Positions 49,704 to 59,852 of a stretch of DNA of 64,000 bases are shown piece after piece. The first letter of the stretch is position 1; each line of letters starts with the position of its first letter. Both the position numbers and the translations under genes were made by a program. The notes beneath the pieces were generated by a model. It did no database searches, had not been told where the DNA came from, and saw nothing but the letters and a program-made list of their open reading frames with translations. This stretch comes from Ranitomeya imitator. Lineage: Eukaryota. The stretch spans positions 667,988,001 to 668,052,000 of the forward strand of contig NC_091284.1 in the NCBI RefSeq assembly GCF_032444005.1, written 5' to 3'.

Positions 49704-49950
49704 CCCTGCTTAGATGCCTTCTTTGCTCTTACTTCATGGAAGCTCTTCGAGAGCCGGCCGCCTTGGTTATTGTGCTGCATTGTTAGCTAGCACAGGCGCA
49801 GCAGGGAAGATGGGAGGGAGATGAGGATGTGGTGACGGGAGGGGGGGCAATGCTGAATCCCTGCCAGTATCAGCGTGTGCTCATCCCGGCCTGTAGCGCC
49901 TGTCCCTCGCTCTCCTCATCTATGATGTAAAGAGGCCCACGTCACATACC
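49704..49950 (-). promoter_or_regulatory. Candidate first exon/promoter of NCKAP5L
   Basis: Unique GC-rich patch; donor GGG|gtgagt at 49703, alternative GAA|gtaaga at 49732; ATG at 49780; TGACGTGG motif at ~49937-44. Confidence 0.45.
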
Positions 49951-50352
49951 CACAGCACTGCGGCCTGAACTCCCCCTGAGGGAGAATCCTTATCCTACCC
50001 TCATAATAGCAAGTGCTTTCTCTTCAGCCACACAACAAAGGATTGGGGGGTCTTGACCACATTAGTAACAGTTTCTCTGGTCAAGGTCAAACGTTTAACA
50101 TGGTTCTCCAACATAATCCTCCAAATCTCTAATACTATCTGCTATATGATTATAGGAATGGTTGTGCATAATCACCGCTTACCAGGCAATGGGAGCAAAT
50201 GCCCCCCAGCGCCATTACTCTAGGCCTACTAGCAGAGATTAACCATTTCACTATTAAGAGCGTTGGATGCAGATTAGGCGCTTATTTTCACATATTATTC
50301 AGTAAACACACATAACGAGACAATATCCAAACTCCCATGTAAATATCTGTAA

Positions 50353-50753
50353 GGCCGCGGTCATTAGCGTATAGCACCCAGTGCGACAGAATCAGATGCA
50401 ATGTGCTAATGACACTCTGCTCAAATTATGCTGCGAGCGTCAGCTAAGTGTCAGGCAACTGATCCGCTCAAATGCGAGAATCCAGTCACAAGTGAGGAAG
50501 AGAAGCAGAGATTAAGCTCTTCTTCTCCATTGCCTGTCTCGGCGTATATTCGACTGCACTCTAACGACATCCAAGTGCAGTCCAATGGTTTGCACACACC
50601 CATTGACTTGAATGGATGCACACCACGCGAGAGACGCTGCCAATCACAGTAAGCTGTGTTTTTTTTTCCTCATGCCAATTTTTACAGATCTGCTCTGCCT
50701 CACGGAATAACACTGGTCCAAGTGCAATGCGAGACGTCCAGTGTGAGCAAGCC
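50353..50753. mobile_element. Degenerate MITE
   Basis: taa ggccgcggtca ... gtgtgagcaagcc; central cattgacttgaatgg module shared with other MITEs. Confidence 0.5.
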
Positions 50754-50975
50754 ATAAAGGTTCTCCAACCTGGAGATGTGCAAGGTAAAGCAGACATACT
50801 TGTCAATTTTATTTCTAAAGAGAACGAAGGCGCTGTTTTTATGATTTATGGAGTTTTCAAAGACTAAACTAAGGAGGTCTTTATTTTCCCTATACAATTT
50901 TTGCCCTTTCATTACCAACTCCATCCTTTGGCTTCAGAAACTGCATCTAAACAGCACACCGTGAACTTACTCTTA

Positions 50976-51445
50976 GGCCAAGTTCACACGTTTTGCTGTT
51001 TTTTATTTTTTCTTCAGGCAAAACCTGATCGAAACAGCTACAAAAAAAAAAAAAAAAAAAGCAAAACCGTTTTGTTGAATTCTTTTGCTGCATTTTTGTT
51101 GGCACTTTTGCATCCCGGGAAAAGTTTAATGCCCCAAAAAGAATGATTATGCGATTTCCTTCATGTTTTTGCACCAAAACCTGATATCTGCTGTGTTTTT
51201 TCAGCATTGTTTTCCATAGGTGAAAAAAACTTCAAATACATAGAAAAAACACTGAAAGAAATAACATGCTGCAGTTCTCAAAAACGCATCAGTTTTCCAA
51301 ATCAGTCAGGAAAATAAAACCAATGTGTGTGCATGAGATCGCTGAAATCTCATAGGCTTTGCTGGTACTGCAAAACGCAGCTTAAAATTTGCATTAAAAA
51401 AGCAGCAAAAAATATCCTGGAAAAACACAAGGGAGGAACACAGCT
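50976..51445. mobile_element. Degenerate MITE
   Basis: tta ggccaagttcacacg ...; shares cagttttccaaatcagtcaggaaaataaaaccaatg with the 63182 copy. Confidence 0.6.
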
Positions 51446-52019
51446 TTAGGCTCTTATCAGGCTGATAACAGTTTTTATGCAGTAAACAAAAACTAAAATG
51501 GGGTTAGCACAGCGGTGTAAGTATCAGTGCTCTATACCAAGGCATCCAAACCAATATGACCAAGAACACAAAGACAGAGGATGTGCAATAACTCACATTT
51601 TCTTTATGGTACTTTGTGTAACCGCTCTTAATTTAGCATAGTCTGCGTCTATTCAGTAGTGTGAAATTGACATTTTATATAGAATACGTTGTGCCTATGC
51701 CGTCACACATACTCTGTCTTCTTTGAAATTGGGTATTGTGGAATAAGTAATTGTCTGCATTTGCAGTGCATGTACTAAAGAAAAAAAAAAAAAGTGTAGG
51801 TCAGCTTAGAAAACCCCCTTAGTATATTTTGAGATGAGGGCAGTGCTCTATTTTGGACCCACATTTATTAGCCAAAAAGCGGAATGACTACGAAGTGTCT
51901 CAGTCTGCGGAGGACCGGTCCTGTCGTGCATTATTTCATAGACAGATCACTGATTTGAATGGGCATTGTGTAATACTTCATTTTGCCTCTGGAGGTGATG
52001 CAGAGAAACTGAACACTTA

Positions 52020-52756
52020 AGGCCCCGTCACACATAGCGAGATCGCTAGCGAGATCGCTGCTGAGTCACAAGTTTTGTGACGCAACAGCGATCTCAGTAG
52101 CGATCTCGCTATGTGTGACACGTACCAGCAATCAGGCCCCTGCTGTGAGATCGCTGGTCGTGTCGGAATGGCCTGGGCCATTTTTTGATCGTTGAGGTCC
52201 CGCTGACATCACTGAATCGGCGTGTGTGACGCCGATTCAGCGATGTCTTCGCTGGTAACCAGGGTAAACATCGGGTAACTAAGCGCAGGGCCGCGCTTAG
52301 TAACCCGATGTTTACCCTGGTTACCATCGTTAAAGTAAAAAAAAACAAACGCTACATACTTACCTACCGCTGTCTGTCCCCGGCGCTCTGCTTCTCTTGT
52401 CTGGCTGTGAGCGCCGGGCAGCCGGAAAGCAGAGCGATGACGTCACCGCTCTGCTTTCCGACCGCTGTGCTCACAGCCAGACCAGAGAAGCAGAGCGCCG
52501 GGGACAGACAGCGGTAGGTAAGTATGTAGCGTTTGTTTTTTTTTACTTTAACGATGGTAACCAGGGTAAACATCGGGTTACTAAGCGCGGCCCTGCGCTT
52601 AGTTACCCGATGTTTACCCTGGTTACCGGGGACCTCGGGATCGTTGGTCGCTGGAGAGCTGTCTGTGTGACAGCTCTCCAGCGATCAAACAGCGACGCTG
52701 CAGCGATCCGGATCGTTGTCGGTATAGCTGCAGCGTCGCTATGTGTGACGGGGCCT
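52020..52756. mobile_element. Palindromic MITE, AGGCCCC subfamily of the AGGTACC family
   Basis: TTA aggccccgtcacacatagcg ... cgctatgtgtgacggggcct TTA; axis TGACGTCA at 52438-45. Confidence 0.92.
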
Positions 52757-52801
52757 TTACTGCCAGGATTCCCCAGAGATCAGCTCTTTTGGTGTCCTTA
52801 A

Positions 52802-52978
52802 AGGGAACCTCGGGCAGCATGAACCACAGCCTGGCTGCACAATCTCTCTGGTGTTAATAAAATATGCTTTGAAGATCCATCTGGCGCTGCTCCCGGCTGT
52901 ATCTTGAAAGTAAATTTTCTTTGAAAGACTGGAGCGATCGTGCCGCCAGGCTCGGATTCATGCTGCCCGAGGTTCTCT
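52802..52978. mobile_element. T2/Kolobok-type MITE, 177 bp
   Basis: TTAA agggaacctcgggcagcatgaa ... ttcatgctgcccgaggttctct TTAA. Confidence 0.85.
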
Positions 52979-54147
52979 TTAAGGAGGCCTATAGAACTGA
53001 GAAGGTAATAATTTTCAACCACATATTTTTCTCTTTGCTTTCTGACAAAAAAAAGTGACAAGTTTCTGTAGAAATATTTTGAAATCATATTAATTATTGA
53101 TCTTTTTAGTTCGCAACTGAATAAAATAGAGAAATGTACAGTGAGGTCATGTAAGTGCAACAGGCGCTTTTTTGAGTATCGGTTGAAACCAGAAAAGACA
53201 ATATGGAGATCGATTTTCTTTTCTTTGCTGACAGCAAGTAATTAATACAGACAGATGTAATGAAGTCCAGAAAGGGGTTTGTTCCATCTCTCATTATACG
53301 CTTGGAGATCCCAGATCTAGGACGGGACTCCAGTTACAGCCCAGGGACATCACCGCCCCATGGCCATGGAGCAAAATAATACACGCACTCCCATATTACA
53401 TGCAACCCAACGCATGTCAGGAATAAGAACAGAGATAAAAGGTAGAGTCAGGCAGGATAACCTATAATGCAATGATGGGGTTAACTGCAGAAAACAGCTG
53501 TCATGTTGAATAAGATGTCAGTAGGCGTCCAGGCACCCTAGCAAAAATGCTGCACTCTCTGAAGGCAACAAACCTGTACCTGTCAGAGCCAAGTAGCCTT
53601 TGCCAACACAAGAGGTCAAAACAATGTCCATCTCACACTTAAAGTGAAGGGCAGAGCCTTCACCCGGCCCACGCATTTCACCCTGCGGCCAGGCTCGTAC
53701 GGGTGACTGTACTCTTGGCAGCAGCTGTGCATGGGTTATGTACGGCAGTATACCCCTCCTCTACCTCCAACAGAGCCTAAAGGCTTCATTATTACAGACA
53801 GACATGTGGGGTCTCAGCTGTACATCTGGAGACTACCAATCCCACTGCACCTTGCCTCGGAGTCCATGTGCTTCACAGTTAGACCTCATATTAGGCAGAT
53901 ACACGTGAACAGTTACACAGGCGTCATTATTTCTGCTCACATGGAGATGAAAAATATTTGCACATAATATAAGTGGCAAGATCACCTTATGTCTAAGAGA
54001 AACAAGATGTTGGCGTCCTTGGTTGTATGACTGCGATCTTCATAATCCAGTTTTCTGTCCGTGTGCTGCATCTTATGCCACTGACCACCATGTTAGAACA
54101 TTGCGCTGTCTATTCATTCCAACAGGGAAAGCTTCATGCGAAAATTA

Positions 54148-55365
54148 TGCAGCGCCCCAGAGTCCTGGTTCGTTGCAGTAATGTTATTCTTCCACCAGGG
54201 GGAGTGATATTACGTCTGAAGGCAATGAAGGAGATCTTCTGTCCAGGTATCACAGCCACACACACACTTCACACACCAGTCCACCAGGGGGAGCAAAGGT
54301 TCTATCTACTAGGCCACTCCTCACACAGGGTAAAACTGGTGGGTTGGTTAGAAAGTTAGTCAGAATGAGAGAGAGTTCCTGGCTGGGGACCGACGAGGAA
54401 AGGTCTCCAAGTCGAGCTGGCTGGAGTGATCTCCAGTCAGATCCAGACTGCGGTCTGAGGAGGACGAGGGTACACGGAGCTGCGCCTGCATCCCATGCGG
54501 CAGCATCCCAGGAAAGGACATGAAGAGAATTGTGCTGTAGTGAGTGAGAAAAGAAGTCATAGCAACAGGAGTGAAACATCAGTGGGAGACCAGCTAGAAG
54601 CAGGCTGCCTCCATCTGAAGCACAGATCCGGTAGCCAGAACACCGAGGGAGTAAAGAGCTCTATGCCGTTACTTCAGAGACTGGCAGGACAGTCAATTCC
54701 AAGTTGGCTGCCTGACCTTTATACCTAAGAAGACACGGTGGCAACTTTTGGGGGCCGGGACGTCTCTAGGGTCCCTATATAAAGCCTCAGGCCATCAGTC
54801 ATACGGGTGTGTTCTATCCGACCACGGAGAACAGTGAGAGGAGTAATAACAGTGAGGACCTTATTGGAGCTTATGCAAGTAGGGACCTACTGTGTTACTG
54901 TGCGCTAGGGGAAGGCTATTGAATTCCTCCTGAATAAGGGGACTCTGGATTTGCCTTCAGACCGGCCGAACTCTGCCTACCCTGTGGTCCCTACCCTGGA
55001 CTGTGGATGCTGAAGCCTTCAGTAAAGGTAAAGAGACTGCACCCTGGTGTCCTCGTTATTCACTGCGCTGTGCACCACCACCATCCACCATCTACACCTT
55101 TGTGAAGCCCTGGGGACATACTTCACCTGTGGGAAGGTATACCATCCAGCTGCCATAACATCACCCCAGTGGACCCCTAAGCAGTGTCGGTCACCCTGAC
55201 CGAAGACCACAGGTGGCGTCACGAACACTATACTATAAACTGTTGTCCTGTTATTGGACGCCCCTCAAAGGGCCACAGGCCGGGTCCAGCCACCGTGACA
55301 TCCCCACCGACTACAGAAGGGGCCCGGTACCGAGTACCCTATTGCCCTGACATGGGGGCGCGCCA
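54148..55365 (+). mobile_element. Solo LTR (Gypsy-type), 1218 bp
   Basis: tgcagcgcccc ... gggggcgcgcca termini; perfect 4-bp TSD ATTA (54144-47, 55366-69); TATA-like tatataaa at ~54776. Strand is a guess. Confidence 0.85.
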
Positions 55366-55809
55366 ATTACCTATGGTCTAAATTAAGTTTTTATTCCAAA
55401 AAAGGCACAGGATTTTTTTGTTTTATATGTATCTGAATTAAAGGGGAACCTTTCATTAGGGTTTTATTGCCCAAACCATGAGCAACATGAATCAAAGACT
55501 GCACAAATGAAGCCAGACATCTCTTACGCTGAAATGCTGCGGCATTTAAGAGAAAACTAATTTTTATGAAATGCCATCTGGGGATTATAGGTTAATACCC
55601 TACTAATATGGCCCCATTCCTGGCTGCTCCCCGCCATGCTCCTGTTGATGGGGAGAAACCGGTCAATCAGTTGGAGAGGCATGGAGAAGCTGGTTGGGGA
55701 CCTCAGCAGACTAGTCAGGTCACGGCCTACAGTGCCTGGCTGGCTTCTCCATTTATGCTTTTTCTGAAACGACACGGCATTTCAAAGCAAAACACACCTG
55801 GATGAAGTC

Positions 55810-55905
55810 TCAAAACCAGACTCCAATTAATGCTGCATATGGTTCATTGAAGAACTGAAATAATTTAACTTTTTGATGATATTCTAATTTTGTGAGAAGC
55901 ACCTG
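55810..55905. mobile_element. Isolated Tc1 TIR fragment
   Basis: Ends gatgatattctaattttgtgagaagcacctg TA (reverse complement of CAGGTGCTTCTCACAAAATTAGAATATCATC). Confidence 0.7.
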
Positions 55906-56510
55906 TATATAGACAGACACAGACAGATATAGAGACAGACAGGTATAGAGAGAGATAGAGAGACATATACAGACAGACATATACACAGACAGAGATATAG
56001 AGAGACAGACATATACAGACAGAGATATATAGAGACAGACAGACATGTACAGACAGATACAGTATAGACACAGATATATAGAGAGACAGACATACAGACA
56101 GATGTAGAGAGACAGACAGACAGATACTGTATATAGACAGATGTAGAGAGGCAGACAGACAGACATATACATAGAGAGACATATATAGAGATATAGAGAC
56201 AGACTTATACAGACAGATATATAGACAGATATAGAGAGACATACAGACAGATATATAGACAGACAGATGTAGAGAGACAGAGACAGACATATATAGAGAG
56301 ACAGAGATGTATAGAGACACAGACATAGACAGAGTGATATATAGACAGACAGACCGAGATATAGAGAGACGGACATATACAGACAGATATATAGAGCGAC
56401 AGATATACAGACAGATATGTAGAGAGACAGACAGACCTATACAAACATACAGATATAGAGAGACAGACATATACAGACAGATTCAGACAGACTTATATAG
56501 AGACAGAGTT
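55906..56510. repeat. ~600-bp compound microsatellite (GACA/GATA/GA/TA)
   Basis: Directly visible; it produces the spurious S/L/Y/C-rich ORFs. Confidence 0.95.
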
Positions 56511-57210
56511 TAGTATCTAGTTTTAATTGCCACAAAACTTTATATAGGTGACTTTTTTTTAGGGAAGCCGTAATAATGACAATCTTTAACAATAAGATAA
56601 AAAGACTCCTATCACTAGATTTGGGTTAAAGGGAACCTGTCACCCCCAAAATCGATGGTGAGGTAAGCTCACCGTCATCAGGGGCTTATCTACAGCATTC
56701 TGTAATGCAGCAGGGCAAAAAAGTGGCGTCTTCACAACATTTTTGTCAATGGATTGCTGCTTGATCAGTTCTAACGGTTGATTACTGGGCATGTGAACAT
56801 ATCCTTGTAAGCGGAGATTCAGGTCATAACTACTGTAAAAAATGTCAATTTTTTTAAAGGGACAAGATAACACATTCAACTATTCCAAATTACGCAATTA
56901 TTTTGTAACACAAAAGTAAGACTCTATAATAAGAACGGAAGCATGTGATGCCAATCACGAACAACCAGAATGTAAAGTGCAAGATGCAAGTACGGGGTTC
57001 TTTATTTTTACTTTGAACGGAAGTTAAAAGCAAAATAAGAATATCATTGTCTGCCCACATCCGCTCCATGAAGAAGACATTCTTTGTGTTACACTGTAGC
57101 AGCAGTGATGGCTGCAGAGTAAAAAGTGACATTTTATTTTACAACTTCCATTCAAGCACTACCAGACTTTCTTGCTGGATAATATAATAATTCCTTCTTA
57201 GATGCTTCTA

Positions 57211-57350
57211 TGATTATTATTACTTATTATTATAGCACCATTTATTCCATAGCGCTTTATATGTGAGGAGGGGTATACAGAATAAAGAACAAGTACAGTA
57301 ATCTTACACAATACAAGTCACGACTGGTACATGAGGAGAGAGGACCCATT
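57211..57350 (-). mobile_element. L2-type 3' tail fragment
   Basis: Minus strand ataaagcgctatggaataaatggtgctataataataag. Confidence 0.6.
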
Positions 57351-57506
57351 ATCACGCATATTGCGGATTGTCTCCCAAATACAAATCGGATTAAAAAAAT
57401 ATTTCAGAATTATATGTGATGCAACAGCACTAAATAGTCTAAGCTTGGTAAGTGAAGAGAGAAAAATATAGGCACTAAATAAATGTATTGGATGAAATAA
57501 CTAAAA

Positions 57507-58924
57507 ATTGGTATGTGCACATATATTCACCCCTTTTACCATGAAGCCCCTAAAAATTTCTGGTGCAATTAATTTTCTTCATAAAAGTCACATGCTTACT
57601 GACAGGAAGCCCACCTGTGTGCAATCTGTCACATGGTCTGTCAATATATACACACTTTTTCTGAAAGGCCACAGAGGCTGCAACACCATTAAGCAAGATG
57701 CACCACTGACCAAACACCATGAAGACCAAGGAGGTCTCCAAACAAGTCAGAGACAAAATTGTTGACAAGTACAAGTCAGGGTTGGTTTATAAAAAAAAAA
57801 TATCCCAATCTCTGATGATCCCTGAACCACCATCAAATCCATTACCAATTGGAAAGAAAATGGTACCACAACAAACTCTCAGCCAGGGCAAGGAGGGCAT
57901 TAATCAGAGAGGCAGTTTAGACCAAAGGTAACTTTGCAGGAGCTGCAGAGTTCCTGAGCAGAGACTGGAGTATCTGTGCATACGATCACAATAAGCCATA
58001 CACTCCATAGAGGTGGCCTTTATGAAAGGGTGGGCAGAAAAAGCCTTTACTTACACACAAAATCGTAAGGCTCATTTTGAGTTTGCCAAAATACATGTGG
58101 GAGACTCCCCAAATGTATGGAGGAAGATGCTGCGGTCAGAAAACCAATAATTGACGTTATTAGCAGTCAAGGTAAATGCAATGTCTGGCAACAAAGCAAC
58201 ACAGCTCATCACCTCAAAAACACCATACCCACAGTGAAACATGGTGGTGGCAGTATCATGCTGTAGGGATGTTTTTCTGCATCAGTGACAGTAAAAATGG
58301 TCCTAATCAAGAGGAAGATGGATCGAGCAAAATACAGGCATATTCTTGAGCAAAACCCGTTTCAGTCTGTCAGTGATTTGAAACTGGGACAGAGGTTCAC
58401 CTTCCAACAAGACAATTACCCAAAGCATAATGCTAAAGCACCACTTGAGATGTTTAAGGGGAAATGTGTAAATATTTTGGAATGGCCTAAAAAAAAAGCC
58501 CAGACCTTAATCCAATTGAGAATCTGTTGTCAGACTTGAAGTTTGCTGTTCCCCGAGGAAACCATCTAACCTGAAGGAGCTGGAGCAGTTTTGCCTTGAG
58601 GAATGGGCAAAAATCCCAGTGTCAAAATGTGGAAAGCTCATAGAGACTTATCCAAAGTGACTTGCAGCTGTAATTGCCACAAAAGGAGGTTCTACAAGGT
58701 ACTGACTTTAGGGGGGCGAATAGTGATGCACGCTGATGTTTTCAATTATTTTGTACCAACTATTGTTTGCATCACAATAAAAAGAAAACCAAATTTTCAC
58801 AGTTGTAGGCATGTTCTTTACATGACCTTATGAAAACCGTAAAAAAAAGTTGAATTTCCAGATTGTGAAGTAGTAAAACACCAAAAATGCAAGGGGGAGG
58901 GGTGAATACTTTTGCAAGCCACTG
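57507..58924 (+). mobile_element. Tc1 transposon, decayed
   Basis: Fragmented transposase from 57719 (MKTKEVSKQVRDKIV..., [21 protein letters not shown]); right TIR ggtgaatacttttgcaagccactg TA. Confidence 0.88.
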
Positions 58925-59385
58925 TATGTGGGGGAAAAGCCCAAGTACAGGATTCTTTTACCCTTTAGAATGTACAAAAGATAAAGCACTTTCATAATGT
59001 AAGGAGGTTGCTTTCCCTGCTCCTTGCCTGGAACCACTTAGTCAGACAGCTGGGTTGTTGGGGGGAAGACTTTCTGCCATGGACAGAGGGGACGAGGTGA
59101 CTGCTGGGAAGAGAGAGGGGTGTGGTCCGAAAAAGAGCGGGAGAGCAGAGAGAGGGCAGCACGCCAAAGAGAGGGCAGGCTGCAGCGCCGTGCTCCCCTA
59201 AAGGTAGTGCTCCCCGTGAGGGCACTGAGGCTGAGATACCCACCATAGTGAAAGCTGGATGTGAGAGTGTGGACTTGGCAGCCTCCGTAATCCGAAAAGA
59301 CGCATCTCCTGACAGTGACCCAAGCGCGCAGCCCCGGTGACCGCAGTGACAAACCAGAACCCCTGAGTGTGACAAGTAAACTGCT

Positions 59386-59435
<50 letters not shown>

Positions 59436-59834
59436 CATTGCAACTGCAGAAAGCCTGTCAGCCTGATATACAGAGACTCCCAGCAGAGTGGCTGAGTTAC
59501 TTCCTGCTTTCAGCTTCACTGGAAGAAAAGGCTTAACCCCGGAGTCTCCAGTTCCTAGAAGACAGAGAACAGACTTCAGGATCTTCAAGCGCTGCTGGTG
59601 ACTGTATCCACGTTGGAATAAGGACCCTCAAGTCAGGACCTCCCTGGACTGATAAGTTACCAGAACATTCGTTAACCGTTTGCGATTCCGCTTAGCTGTT
59701 TACTGTTTGCTTTATCTCTATTAACCCCCTGTTTACTCCCTGCGAGGAGAATCTTACTCCTGTTAATAAATTCCCCTCAACAGTTGGTCTATCTGTTCCG
59801 TGGTGACATACTCAACCCTGCACTCTATTACACT

Positions 59835-59852
59835 TGGCGTAGTCGGCAGGAT
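59835..59852 (+). promoter_or_regulatory. Primer-binding site complementary to tRNA-Ser (AGA/TGA type)
   Basis: TGGCGTAGTCGGCAGGAT is the reverse complement of ATCCTGCCGACTACG+CCA, the 3' end of vertebrate tRNA-Ser (from recall). Confidence 0.88.

Larger units (their letters stand above)
5280..49900 (-). other. NCKAP5L: NCKAP5L (Nck-associated protein 5-like / Cep169) gene span; UTR limits approximate
   Basis: 11 coding exons with GT-AG sites and matching phases: 99+69+39+120+96+2474+166+67+303+116+231 = 3780 nt, 1259 aa. Recognised from memory of vertebrate NCKAP5L motifs (QELLERLRELE, AENSALAQANE, VANHVVQALLNQK, DLREECIKLKKRVFDLERQN, SPFLRKKAQILEVLR, LTRTLDSGIGTFPPPD, SESLSDSLYDSLSSCGSQG*). 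Confidence 0.95.

Noticed and set aside
55810-56513. 188-201 aa S/L/Y/C-rich ORFs
   Set aside because: Microsatellite artefacts.
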